A stretch of 64,000 nt of DNA from Acidobacteriota bacterium (lineage in GTDB: Bacteria; Acidobacteriota; Vicinamibacteria; Vicinamibacterales; SCN-69-37): the NCBI GenBank assembly GCA_016716905.1, contig JADJUS010000004.1, forward strand, positions 1,163,603 through 1,227,602, read 5' to 3'. Shown one piece after another: positions 45,516 to 54,442 of the stretch. The notes below the pieces were generated by a model. The model did not search any database. It saw nothing but the letters and a program-made list of their open reading frames with translations, and was not told where the DNA came from. The first letter of the stretch is position 1. Each line of letters begins with the position of its first letter. Made by a program: the position numbers and the translations under genes.

Positions 45516-47227
45516 TACAGTGCGCCCCGTTTCCGTTCTGCCGCGATGAAGTCGCTCGTGCGCCATGACAGCGCGAGGATGGTCCACGTGGGGTTTTTGT
45601 CCGCCTGCGACACGAACGGTCCACCGTCGGCCACAAACAGATTCTTCACGTCGTGCGCCTGGCAGTTCTTGTTGACCACCGACGTCTTGGGGTCGTTGCC
45701 CATGCGTGTCACACCCAGTTCGTGGATGATGCTGCCGCCGGTGGAGATGCCATAGCCGCGTTCCTTGCTCGGCATCGCCGACATCGGTGTGGCGCCCATC
45801 TCCGCAAAGATCGACCGGAAGGTCTCCTGCATGTGTTTGACCTGGTTGTGTTCGTGGTCGGTCCAGTTCCAGTGGAACCGCAGCACCGGGATGCCCCACT
45901 TGTCCACGGTGGTCGGGTCAATCTCGCAGTAGCTCTTGTCGTTCGGAATCATTTCGCCGCGCCCGGCCAGACTGACCGTGGCGCCGTAGAACTTGCGATA
46001 GTCGGCCTTGAGCCTGGCGCCGTATCCGCCGATCTCGCGTCCGTTGTCGAAGCCGCTGAAGCGCTGAATGCCGCCGCCGAAACCCGAGCCCGGCATGCCC
46101 AGGCCGCCGCTGATTTCGATGTGGTAACCACGCGGGAAGTCGAGCTTGGTGTTGTCGAGCACCCACGGCATGTAGAGGTGCGCGCCCCCCACGCCATCTT
46201 CGTTGTGGGGAATCTGATCCATCAACTGGGGCACAAACGCCGACACGCTGCCGCCGGTGCTGTCGGTGATGTATTTGCCCACCACGCCGCTGGAGTTGCC
46301 CACGCCCTGCGGGAACTGCGACGACTTCGAGTTCAGCATGATGCGCGCGGTTTCGCAGGCGCTTGCCGCCAGCACCACCACGCGCGCCTGCACGTGATTC
46401 TCGCGGCCGGTTGTTTTGTCGATGTACGCCACGCCCGTCGCCAGCCCCGCGCTGTTGACGGTGACCTCACGCGCCATCGCATCGGTGATGATCGTCAGCC
46501 GGCCGGTGGCCATGGCCGGTGGCAGCAGTACCGAAGGGGAAGAAAAGTTCGAGTGCATCGCACAGCCGCGGAAGCACTGGCCGCAGTAGTGGCAGGCCGA
46601 GCGGCCGTTTAAGGGCTGCGTGAGAATCGACAGGCGATTCGGGATGCACTTGATGTTGAGACGATCGGACGCGCGCTTGATGAGCTGTTCGTAGCAGCGC
46701 GGCTTGGGCGGCGGTTGGAAAATGCCGTCCGGCTCATTCGGTATCCCTTCCACCGAGCCAAACAACCCGACGAACCGATCCACCTGGTCGTAGTACGGCT
46801 TCACATCGTCGTACGTGATGGGCCAGTCGTCGCCCAGGCCGTCAAGGCTCTTGCGCTTGAAGTCGTTGGGACCGAAGCGCAGTGAAATGCGGCCCCAGTG
46901 ATTGGTGCGGCCTCCCAGCATGCGCGTGCGGAACCACTGGAAGCTGTTGCCGGGCGCGGTGGTGTACGGTTCGCCGTCGATCGCGAAGCCGCCGATCCAG
47001 GCGCCAAATTCGCCCCACGGCCGTTCGGGTGTGCCGCCGCCTCGGCGTGGTGAGTCATACGGCCACGCAAACATCTGGCTGTCTTTGACCGGGTCCCAGT
47101 TCACGCCCGCTTCCAGCATGACGACCTTGGCGCCCGACTCTGTCAGCACCTTGGCGGCCATCCCGCCACCGGCTCCAGACCCGACAATACAGACGTCGTA
47201 CGTTTCGCGGCTTCGAATGATTTGCAC
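45515..47227 (-). CDS. GMC family FAD-dependent oxidoreductase
   Basis: YDVCIVGSGAGGGMAAKVLTESGAKVVMLEAG FAD-binding start and a C-terminal GMC block (...HELGVTRMG...NLFVADGGPF). Start set at the GTG 47225-47227, which is uncertain. Confidence 0.88.
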   Translation of the reverse strand: MQIIRSRETYDVCIVGSGAGGGMAAKVLTESGAKVVMLEAGVNWDPVKDSQMFAWPYDSPRRGGGTPERPWGEFGAWIGGFAIDGEPYTTAPGNSFQWFRTRMLGGRTNHWGRISLRFGPNDFKRKSLDGLGDDWPITYDDVKPYYDQVDRFVGLFGSVEGIPNEPDGIFQPPPKPRCYEQLIKRASDRLNIKCIPNRLSILTQPLNGRSACHYCGQCFRGCAMHSNFSSPSVLLPPAMATGRLTIITDAMAREVTVNSAGLATGVAYIDKTTGRENHVQARVVVLAASACETARIMLNSKSSQFPQGVGNSSGVVGKYITDSTGGSVSAFVPQLMDQIPHNEDGVGGAHLYMPWVLDNTKLDFPRGYHIEISGGLGMPGSGFGGGIQRFSGFDNGREIGGYGARLKADYRKFYGATVSLAGRGEMIPNDKSYCEIDPTTVDKWGIPVLRFHWNWTDHEHNQVKHMQETFRSIFAEMGATPMSAMPSKERGYGISTGGSIIHELGVTRMGNDPKTSVVNKNCQAHDVKNLFVADGGPFVSQADKNPTWTILALSWRTSDFIAAERKRGAL

Positions 47228-47254
47228 GCGGGAATTGTAGCGTAGGATACGGCC

Positions 47255-48247
47255 ATGAGACTCAAACCCGCCCTTCTCGTTGTCGGCGTCCTGCTCGGGC
47301 TTTCGGTGTTCGCGCCTGCGGTTCGTGCCCAGCAATCACCGTTTGTGGGGGCGTGGAACTTCACCGGGACGGGGCCGGACACGGCGTTTGTGTACTGGGT
47401 CGAGATCAAAGAAGAGAACGGGCAGCTCACCGGCCGCTTTCTCAACCGTACGGGCAACCCGATTCCGCTCGGCGCGGTGAAAGTGGAGAACGGCGAGTTG
47501 ATCTTCCAGGCCAGCCGGTTCGACCGGGTCACGAACAAGATCGAGCCCACTGGCCCAGAGTTCCGCGCGCGTCTGGAAGGGGACCGTCTGGTGGGCCGCC
47601 ACATGCTGCGAACCGGTGGACGAGGCGGCGCGCCGGCGGTTGAGCGCGAGGTCAACTGGGCCGGCGCCCGGCGTCCCGCATTCCCGGCGTCGAACGCGAA
47701 TGCCGCGCACAAGTATGGCGCTCCCGTCGTGTTGTTTGATGGCACCTCCCTTGATGCGTTCGGTGTCCAACATGCCGATCGGCCGCTCAACTGGGCGGTG
47801 GCCGATGGCCTGCTCGTGAATACGCCGCCGTCCAACAACCTCGTGAGCAAGCAGAAGTTCGCCGACTTCAAGGTCGACCTGGAGTATCGGCTCGAGGCCA
47901 ACAGCAACAGTGGCCTCTATCTGCGGGGCCGGTACGAGCTTCAGCTCCTGGACGACTTCGGCAAGCCGACCCAGATTCTGGGCCACGCGGCGGTCTACGG
48001 TCGCGCGGTGCCGATGGTCAACGCCAGCAAGCCCGCCGGCGAATGGCAGCAGCTCACCGCGGTGCTCGTGGGCGATCGCGTGACGGTGACGCTCAACGGC
48101 CAGAAGCTCCACGACAACGTGGCCATCGACGGCATCACCGGCGGCGCGCTCGACAACGCCGAACTCACGCCGGGACCGATCATGATCCAGGGCGACCATT
48201 CTAAAGTGGCGATTCGGCGCCTCGTCGTGACGCCCATCGTGAAGTGA
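47255..48247 (+). CDS. secreted two-domain protein with C-terminal DUF1080 domain
   Basis: Signal peptide MRLKPALLVVGVLLGLSVFAPAVRAQ. C-terminal VVLFDGTSLDAF, NSNSGLYLRGRYELQLLDD, KPAGEWQQLTAVLVGDRVTVTLNG and IMIQGDHSKVAIRRLVV. Confidence 0.86.
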   Translation: MRLKPALLVVGVLLGLSVFAPAVRAQQSPFVGAWNFTGTGPDTAFVYWVEIKEENGQLTGRFLNRTGNPIPLGAVKVENGELIFQASRFDRVTNKIEPTGPEFRARLEGDRLVGRHMLRTGGRGGAPAVEREVNWAGARRPAFPASNANAAHKYGAPVVLFDGTSLDAFGVQHADRPLNWAVADGLLVNTPPSNNLVSKQKFADFKVDLEYRLEANSNSGLYLRGRYELQLLDDFGKPTQILGHAAVYGRAVPMVNASKPAGEWQQLTAVLVGDRVTVTLNGQKLHDNVAIDGITGGALDNAELTPGPIMIQGDHSKVAIRRLVVTPIVK

Positions 48248-48295
48248 CGCAGGGCGTGGCGCTCACTGCGCCCATTGCGCCCATTGCGCCCTGGC

Positions 48296-48504
48296 GTAAT
48301 GGCGAAATGTCACAAATGTCCGAAATGGCGAAGTGCGGACAGACCATTGTAGGGAAGAATGCCGGAATGTCTGCCCTCCAATGGTTGAATCTGCTGCTCC
48401 AAGGTCATTCGTTCATTGCGCGCCTTGGACATTCCAACATTCTTCCCTGCAATGGGTTGTCCGGCATTTCGCCATTTCGGTCATTTGTGACATTTCGCCA
48501 TTAC
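48296..48504 (+). mobile_element. MITE-like near-palindromic element, copy A (full length, 209 bp)
   Basis: Terminal inverted repeats gtaatggcgaaatgtcacaaatgtccgaaatggcgaa / ttcgccatttcggtcatttgtgacatttcgccattac. The arms are complementary for about 78 nt around an asymmetric ~55-nt core. Confidence 0.85.
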
Positions 48505-48639
48505 ACGCGCCAGCACCGCGGCGCCGATTTCGCGCGAGCGGTGTCTCAGTAGATAGGGAAGCTTCTCCAATTTGTTAACCAAGCCGCGTGAGCGGCCTTG
48601 CGAGAGCCGCGCGGTGTCTCGCGCAATAGGAGAGGTGCC

Positions 48640-49344
48640 ATGCCCCGAACGTTGTTTGAGCAAGTGCTCGTCACAGAAACACCCCGGAAGGCGCCGCGCT
48701 GGATGAGGCTCGGGTCGCTGGTGCTTCACGTCGTCGTTGTCCTCGTGCTGCTCGTGCTGCCGATCACCGCAGCGCTTGATCTGCCTGGGATCCAGACGCG
48801 GCTGCCAACGGTCATGCTCGCGTCGGTGCCCTCGCCGCCGCCACCGGCGAGTCAACCGGTTGCCACCACCGCGTCTGTCCCGACGACGGCGCCGAGTGTG
48901 CCGCTAGCGCCACCAGACGGGATTACACCCGAGGTGGCTCCGCCCGCCCCGGCCGCACTCGGGGTCCCCGGAGGCGTCGGCACCGGAGTCCCGTATGTGG
49001 GCGCCCTGAATACGTCGGCGCTCGGCCCGCCGCCTCCGCCGATGGCCGTGCCCGAACCCCCGCGTCGCGTTGGTGGAATCATCCGCCCGCCCGAGCGCAC
49101 TGTCTTCAAGGCGCCCGAGTACCCGCCCGTTGCGAAGGCGGCCCGCATCGAGGGCACAGTGGTGCTCGAAGCCACGCTCGATGAGCGCGGCGTCGTGCAG
49201 AACGTCACCGTGCTCAGGTCTGTGCCGCTCCTCGACCAGGCGGCCATCGACGCCGTCCGCCAATGGCGCTACTCTCCGACGCGACTCAACGGCGTCGCGA
49301 TCCCCATCATCATGACCGTCACCGTGACGTTCTCGATTCGTTAG
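48640..49344 (+). CDS. energy transducer TonB C-terminal domain protein
   Basis: RBS aggagagg and ATG at 48640. TM anchor LGSLVLHVVVVLVLLVLP and a Pro-rich linker. C-terminal PEYPPVAKAARIEGTVVLEATLDERGVVQNVTVLRSVPLLDQAAIDAVRQWRYSP. Confidence 0.85.
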   Translation: MPRTLFEQVLVTETPRKAPRWMRLGSLVLHVVVVLVLLVLPITAALDLPGIQTRLPTVMLASVPSPPPPASQPVATTASVPTTAPSVPLAPPDGITPEVAPPAPAALGVPGGVGTGVPYVGALNTSALGPPPPPMAVPEPPRRVGGIIRPPERTVFKAPEYPPVAKAARIEGTVVLEATLDERGVVQNVTVLRSVPLLDQAAIDAVRQWRYSPTRLNGVAIPIIMTVTVTFSIR

Positions 49345-49381
49345 AGCTCTGCGAGAACGTCGCGTGACGATGCGCGACGGC

Positions 49382-49590
49382 GTAATGGCGAAATGTCACA
49401 AATGTCCGAAATGGCGAAATGTCTGCAGTGCGGGAATCCTCGAATCCTCGAATGTCCAAGGCGCGCAATGAACGAATGACCTTGGAGCAGCAGATTCAAC
49501 CATTGGAGGGCAAAGACATTCGGACATTCTTCCCTGCATTGGTTTATCCGCAGTTCGCCATTTCGGACATTTGTGACATTTGTCCATTGC
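49382..49590 (-). mobile_element. MITE-like element, copy B (core inverted relative to copy A; variant left sub-arm; degenerate right tip)
   Basis: It has the same TIRs. The core ccaaggcgcgcaatgaacgaatgaccttggagcagcagattcaaccattggagggca is the reverse complement of the copy A core. Confidence 0.85.
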
Positions 49591-49607
49591 GAGCGTCAGC
49601 GCCACGT

Positions 49608-49637
49608 GTTACAGTGCGTAACATGACAGCGCGTAAC
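49608..49637 (+). promoter_or_regulatory. candidate BlaI-family operator: dyad GTTAC-N5-GTAAC abutting the blaI-like start codon plus a third GCGTAAC half-site
   Basis: gttacagtgcgtaac ATG acagc gcgtaac, read directly. The link to the repressor is inference. Confidence 0.3.
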
Positions 49638-50000
49638 ACATCGAGCCTGACCCGACTGCAGCAGGCGATTCTGGACTACGTGGCCTCCAAAGGGCCGGCG
49701 ACCGCCGATCAGGTTCGAGAGGCGTTGCGATCGGACCATCCGCTCAAGGACTCGAGCGTACGGACGCTCCTGCGTCGGCTTGAGGCGCGAGGGCTTGTGA
49801 GCCACGTGGTGGAGGGCAAGACCTTTGTCTATCGCGCGGAGGTGGCGTCCACGAGTGTGGCCGCAGCGGCCGTGCGACGGTTGATCGATGGGTTCTGGAA
49901 AGGGTCGGCAGAGCAGTTCCTGACCGGGTTGGTGGACGAGAAGGTGCTGTCGGCGGCCGATCTGCGACGTCTTGCGAAAAAAGTGGGAGGACGGAAATGA
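49623..50000 (+). CDS. BlaI/MecI/CopY family transcriptional repressor
   Basis: 125 aa. LTRLQQAILDYVASKGPATADQVREAL...SVRTLLRRLEARGLVSHVVEGKTFVYRA is a winged helix typical of the Penicillinase_R family. Overlaps the downstream M56 gene by 4 nt. Confidence 0.88.
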   Translation: MTARNTSSLTRLQQAILDYVASKGPATADQVREALRSDHPLKDSSVRTLLRRLEARGLVSHVVEGKTFVYRAEVASTSVAAAAVRRLIDGFWKGSAEQFLTGLVDEKVLSAADLRRLAKKVGGRK

Positions 50001-52492
50001 CCGCTGCCGTGATTCTCGACACTCTGGTCGAAGCGTCCACCCGGGCGCTTGTCGTCGCGGCCCTTGTCGCCCTCGCCCTTGCCACCTTCCGCGTAAAGGT
50101 ACCGGCCATTCGGCATGCGGCCTGGACAGCCGCGCTGGTCGCGATGCTTCTACTGCCGGCGGTATCGGGCTGGATGCCCACATTGCCGTTACCCGCCTGG
50201 GTGCCTGACGTTCGGGTGCTTGGCCCTGCCGCGGTCTCAACGCCTGCGACGGCCTCTGTGGTTGCGTCACCCGTGGCCGCGCGGCTCGCTGAGCGTTCGG
50301 CTGGCTCGGTCGAGGAGACAGGTGCAACCGGGCGAGCGGTGACGACCCTGGCCGCGGATTCGTCTGGCCCGTCGGCGTCAGCTCAGGTGCCGCCGGCCGC
50401 ACGCGCATCGACATGGCGCGAGTGGACTGTGATCGCCTGGCTCGTGGTGGCGTGCATCCTTCTCCTGCGGGAACTGGCCGGTGCGTGGGTGGCGCATCGC
50501 CTCGCCAGCAGCGGCGTGCCGGTTGACGGCGAGGGCCAGGTGTTCGAATCGCCCCGCATCATTTCGCCGGTCGTCGTCGGTGTCCTCGCGCCTCGTGTGA
50601 TGGTGCCCTCGTCATGGCCGCAGTGGGGAGCCGGCGTACGCGAAATGGTCCTGCTCCACGAACGCGCCCACGTCACGCGAAGGGACCCTCTCGTGGCGTG
50701 CCTCGCACGCGTCAATCGCGCGGTGTTCTGGTTCCATCCCGTCGCCTGGTGGCTCGAGCGCCATCTCAAAACCGTCTCGGAAAAAGCGTGCGACGAAGTG
50801 GTGGTGCGCGCCGTGCGCGAACCACGACTGTATGCGGCGATGCTCGTCGAGATGGCCCGGCGTCTGCAGCGCGACGGCCGACGCGTGGCGTGGCAGGGCA
50901 TCGGCATCGTCGACAGCCGCAGGTTCGAAGACCGCGTCGATCGCGTGCTTGCCGGGCCATCGCCGGAATTGTCCCGTCTCCGGAAGGCGACTCTGACCGG
51001 TCTGTGTGCGCTGCTCGTCGCCGTCGGCGTCGCGTGTGGCACGCCCGTGCCGCCGTTGGCCGAAGACCCGGAGCTTGCGAAGTCCATCACCAGGCAATAC
51101 GCGCGGCTGGCTGACTATGAAGCGGCGCAGAAGCTGACGCTCGAACAGGTGGCCGAACTGGAGCGGGTTGTTGCCGCAAACCCAGACGACCTCAGGGCCA
51201 CCGAGAAGTTGATCACGTTCTACAGCCAGCGCGGCCAGAAACTGATGGGCTGGAACGAGATGCTCGCCGCACGGCGGCCGCACATCCTGCGCATGATTGC
51301 GCAGCACCCAGAGTCGGGCCTCGTCCGCTGGCCGTACGTCCGTCGCCTGGACCCGGATGGGTACGACCAGGCCAGGGCGTTGTGGCTGGCGCACACCGAA
51401 CGTCCCGATGTCAGTACCCACGTGCTCTCGGAAGCCGCAACATTCTTTGAACGCTCCGAAAAGCCACTCGCGGAGCAACTGCTTCTTCGGGCCCAGGCGG
51501 CAGATCCCGACGGTCCGACACCACGGGTGGCCGTCAGTGGTGTCTATCGCCTTCCGTGGGCGCGCCGACTCGGCGCCCTCTACGCCATGGCGATTGTCGG
51601 TTCCGACGGCGACTCGTCGTACGACACCGTGACGACGGTGAGCACTGAAGTGATGAGGAGCCCGTTCGCAAAACACGCGAGGCAGAAGCTGGATGAGTCA
51701 ACGGACTCGGACATGCTTCTGGGTGCGAGCGAATTCCTTTCTCGCAACGCGGCCAATGCGAAGGTGGACTTTGTTCCAAAGGACCTTGGGCTTGTCTACG
51801 CCGAGCGACTGCTGAAACTCAATCCGGCGTCAGAGACCGCGCGCCGGATTCTGGCAGGGCCGGCGCACGACGCCGAATATGCCCGGATGGTGAAACTGCT
51901 CGGCCAGACGGCTCCGGGATTGCCACTGAAGTCACCAGCGTCAACGCGGCCTGATGAAAACGCGGCGTTTGAGCAGTTATCCGACGCGCTGAAGCTTGAA
52001 TACGCGCACCAACTCTTGTGGCAGCCGTACGGCCTGGCAATGCGGGCGTATGACCAGAACGACGAGCCCGCAGCGAAGGCCGCGCTGGAGAACTTCAAGC
52101 GGCGTGCCGAGGTCATCGAGCGTCTTGCAGCGGCCGCCCCCGCATCCGGAGCCACTGCCTCGATCGTCGCCGACCTGCACATTGCGTTTGGTACCTACGC
52201 GATGCGCCAGGGCGACCGGCGCGAAGCCGTGCGCCGGTTGACGATGGCGACGACCGCGGCTGCCACGGCGCCGGCCCAGGCGGACTCTGTGACGGGCATT
52301 AGTGCCGGCGCCACGCGTCTGACCCACGACTTGCTCACCGCAGGCGAACGCGAATCAGTGGCGGCGTTTTACGACGCGGTCTCTAAGAACGTCGAGCCGT
52401 GGCAACGGCGCGTCTTCGAGGACGCCGCCGCGGCCATCCGCGCCGGACGCATGCCGCGCGAGTACCAAAGCTATCTCGCGCACATGCGCTGA
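49997..52492 (+). CDS. BlaR1-like M56 peptidase-domain signal transducer with ~500-aa helical extracytoplasmic C-terminal region
   Basis: N-terminal TM helices and LLHERAHVTRRDP (HExxH) followed by FWFHPVAWW. The C-terminal region is alpha-helical and repeat-like, with no obvious penicillin-binding SxxK module. Confidence 0.85.
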   Translation: MTAAVILDTLVEASTRALVVAALVALALATFRVKVPAIRHAAWTAALVAMLLLPAVSGWMPTLPLPAWVPDVRVLGPAAVSTPATASVVASPVAARLAERSAGSVEETGATGRAVTTLAADSSGPSASAQVPPAARASTWREWTVIAWLVVACILLLRELAGAWVAHRLASSGVPVDGEGQVFESPRIISPVVVGVLAPRVMVPSSWPQWGAGVREMVLLHERAHVTRRDPLVACLARVNRAVFWFHPVAWWLERHLKTVSEKACDEVVVRAVREPRLYAAMLVEMARRLQRDGRRVAWQGIGIVDSRRFEDRVDRVLAGPSPELSRLRKATLTGLCALLVAVGVACGTPVPPLAEDPELAKSITRQYARLADYEAAQKLTLEQVAELERVVAANPDDLRATEKLITFYSQRGQKLMGWNEMLAARRPHILRMIAQHPESGLVRWPYVRRLDPDGYDQARALWLAHTERPDVSTHVLSEAATFFERSEKPLAEQLLLRAQAADPDGPTPRVAVSGVYRLPWARRLGALYAMAIVGSDGDSSYDTVTTVSTEVMRSPFAKHARQKLDESTDSDMLLGASEFLSRNAANAKVDFVPKDLGLVYAERLLKLNPASETARRILAGPAHDAEYARMVKLLGQTAPGLPLKSPASTRPDENAAFEQLSDALKLEYAHQLLWQPYGLAMRAYDQNDEPAAKAALENFKRRAEVIERLAAAAPASGATASIVADLHIAFGTYAMRQGDRREAVRRLTMATTAAATAPAQADSVTGISAGATRLTHDLLTAGERESVAAFYDAVSKNVEPWQRRVFEDAAAAIRAGRMPREYQSYLAHMR

Positions 52493-52526
52493 AGGACGCA
52501 ACGCGCGCGCGCTCGCCGCGTTGGGC

Positions 52527-52738
52527 GTAATGGCGAAATGTCACAAATGTCCGAAATGGCGAAATGTCGGACAAACCGATTGCAGGGAAGAATGACCGAA
52601 TGTCTTTGCCCTCCAATGGTTGAATCTGCTGCTCCGAGGTCATTCGTTCATTGCGCGCCTTGGACATTCCCAGATTCTTCCCTGCATTGGTTTATCCGCA
52701 GTTCGCCATTTCGGACATTTGTGACATTTCGCCATTAC
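52527..52738 (+). mobile_element. MITE-like element, copy C (full length, 212 bp)
   Basis: Both 37-nt TIRs are intact. The core has the same orientation as copy A. Confidence 0.88.
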
Positions 52739-52762
52739 GCGGCGCATCGCCAAGCGCCCTGC

Positions 52763-53770
52763 CTAGACGTCGTGCCCTTTCACCTCATGCGCCGTGTAAG
52801 GCGCTTCCAGCGCCGCGCACTCTGCGGCGTCCAGCGCGATCGACGTGCCGCTGATCGCGTCGTCGAGGTGCGTCATCTTGGTGGCGCCGATGATTGGCGC
52901 GACGACGCCGGGGCGTGAGAGGAGCCAGGCGAGCGCGACCTGGGCCATGGGGAGGCCACGCGCGGTGGCGACGCGCTCAACGGCATCCACAACAAGCCAG
53001 TCCGCCGGATCGCCGTAGAGGGTGGGGGAGTAGGTGTCGGACAATGACCGCGGTGTGCCTGGGCCCTTCACGTGGCCGTCGGACGGGCGCGGGCGCGTGA
53101 GCAGGCCGCGGCCAAGCGGGCTCCACGGAACGAGGCCGACTCCGGCATCGAGGCAGAGCGGGATCATCTCGCGTTCCTCTTCGCGATAGAGCAGGTTGTA
53201 GTGATTCTGCATGGAGATGAAACGCGCCCAGCCATTCCGCTCTGAGATCGACAGGGCTTGCGCCATCCTCCAGGCTGAACCTGAACTTGCGCCCAGGTAA
53301 CGGACCTTGCCGGCGCGCACCAGGTCGTGCAGCGCCTCCAGCGTTTCCTCTATCGGCACATCCCGATCGAAGCGGTGGATTTGGTACAGGTCGATGACGT
53401 CAACGCCAAGGCGCCTGAGGCTGGCGTCGCAGGCCTGCAGGATGTGTTTGCGCGACAGGCCGCCCATATTGGGCGTATCCGCACTGGCGCCCATGGGGAA
53501 GTTGACCTTGGTCGCGATCACCAGTTCTTCGCGGCGCCCCAGTTCCTTCAGCAGGCGCCCGGTGACTTCCTCGCTGGCGCCCATCGAGTACATGTCGGCG
53601 GTATCGAAGTAGTTGATTCCGGCTTCGATCGCCCGCACAAAAAACGGCCGCGCCGCATCTTCATCCAGCACCCACGGCCGCCACGCCGAGGAGCCGTAGC
53701 TCATGCACCCGACGCCGATGCGCGACACCTTCAGGCCGCTTCTTCCTAACCGCTCGTATTTCATTGCCAC
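52763..53770 (-). CDS. aldo/keto reductase
   Basis: MKYERLGRSGLKVSRIGVGCMSYG..., FDTADMYS, LVIATKV and DLYQIHRFD are classic AKR blocks. Confidence 0.92.
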   Translation of the reverse strand: MAMKYERLGRSGLKVSRIGVGCMSYGSSAWRPWVLDEDAARPFFVRAIEAGINYFDTADMYSMGASEEVTGRLLKELGRREELVIATKVNFPMGASADTPNMGGLSRKHILQACDASLRRLGVDVIDLYQIHRFDRDVPIEETLEALHDLVRAGKVRYLGASSGSAWRMAQALSISERNGWARFISMQNHYNLLYREEEREMIPLCLDAGVGLVPWSPLGRGLLTRPRPSDGHVKGPGTPRSLSDTYSPTLYGDPADWLVVDAVERVATARGLPMAQVALAWLLSRPGVVAPIIGATKMTHLDDAISGTSIALDAAECAALEAPYTAHEVKGHDV

Positions 53771-53794
53771 AGTCTACTTGCTGCTCCGTGCGGT

Positions 53795-53866
53795 ATTTCG
53801 TAGCGCGGCGTGAACCTCAACGCCGCGATGTACGGCGGCCTTGAGACCCAGGCCGCCCTACGAGGT
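53795..53866 (+). repeat. REP-A composite double-hairpin unit (~70 nt)
   Basis: atttcgtagcgcggcgtgaacctcaacgccgcgatgtacggcggccttgagacccaggccgccctacgagg. Near-identical copies lie at 57211-57282, and in inverted orientation at 60275-60345 and 61636-61706. Confidence 0.88.
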
Positions 53867-53875
53867 CAGGCCAAT

Positions 53876-54038
53876 GCACGAGTGCCCAAATCCTCGAATG
53901 TCCAAGGCGCGCAATGAACGAATGACCTTGGAGCGGCAGATTCAGACATTGGAGGGCAAAGACATTCCCACATTCTTCCCTGCAATCGGTTTGTCCGACA
54001 TTTCGCCATTTCGGACATTTGTGACATTTCGCCATTAC
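53876..54038 (-). mobile_element. MITE-like element, copy D (left TIR missing, abutted by REP-A)
   Basis: It begins within the variant left sub-arm (gcacgagtgcccaaatcctcgaatgtccaagg...). The right arm and TIR are intact. Confidence 0.82.
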
Positions 54039-54094
54039 CGCGTGGCAAACTTTTCGGCGCTCCGCACGTCTATTACTCCTACGGAGCAGAGTAA

Positions 54095-54442
54095 ATGCCA
54101 CGAACAGAGTCCTTGGGCGAGTTTGAACAGTCTGTCCTGCTGGCCATCGCGCACCTCATTCAGGCCAACGAGGACGTGTATGGCGTGAGTGTCCGGCAGG
54201 TCATCGAGTCGCGCACCGGGCGCAGTGTGCCCGTCGGCGCCCTGTATACGGCCCTCGATCGCCTGGAGCGCAAGGGCTACGTCTCCTCGGAGATGGGTGA
54301 CCCCACGCCGTCGCGCGGCGGCCGCGCCAAGCGGCATTTCGTCCTTCGCCCGGCAGGCGCCGCCGCCCTTGAACGCTCGCGCGACTACCTCGCCAGGATG
54401 TGGCAGGGCCTGGCCCCCATCTCACGGCGGACCCGCGCATGA
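54095..54442 (+). CDS. PadR family transcriptional regulator
   Basis: LGEFEQSVLLAIAHL...YGVSVRQVIESRTGRSVPVGALYTALDRLERKGYVSS is a PadR winged helix. ATGA overlap with the downstream permease. Confidence 0.9.
   Translation: MPRTESLGEFEQSVLLAIAHLIQANEDVYGVSVRQVIESRTGRSVPVGALYTALDRLERKGYVSSEMGDPTPSRGGRAKRHFVLRPAGAAALERSRDYLARMWQGLAPISRRTRA

Noticed and set aside
45516-45899. Upstream part of 256-aa ORF 45129..45899
   Set aside because: It overlaps the 3' end of the GMC oxidoreductase gene in another frame. The credible start is the TAT-signal MATMNRRALL at 45515.
48244-48552. Small ORFs inside the MITE copies (for example 102 aa at 48244, 193-aa N-terminal part at 49419, 126 aa at 52538, 115 aa at 53841) with recurring peptides such as MSQMSEMAKC
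   Set aside because: The recurring peptides simply reflect translation of the repeated DNA in either orientation. The frames are not conserved between copies, and the copies are near-palindromic. This is not protein coding.
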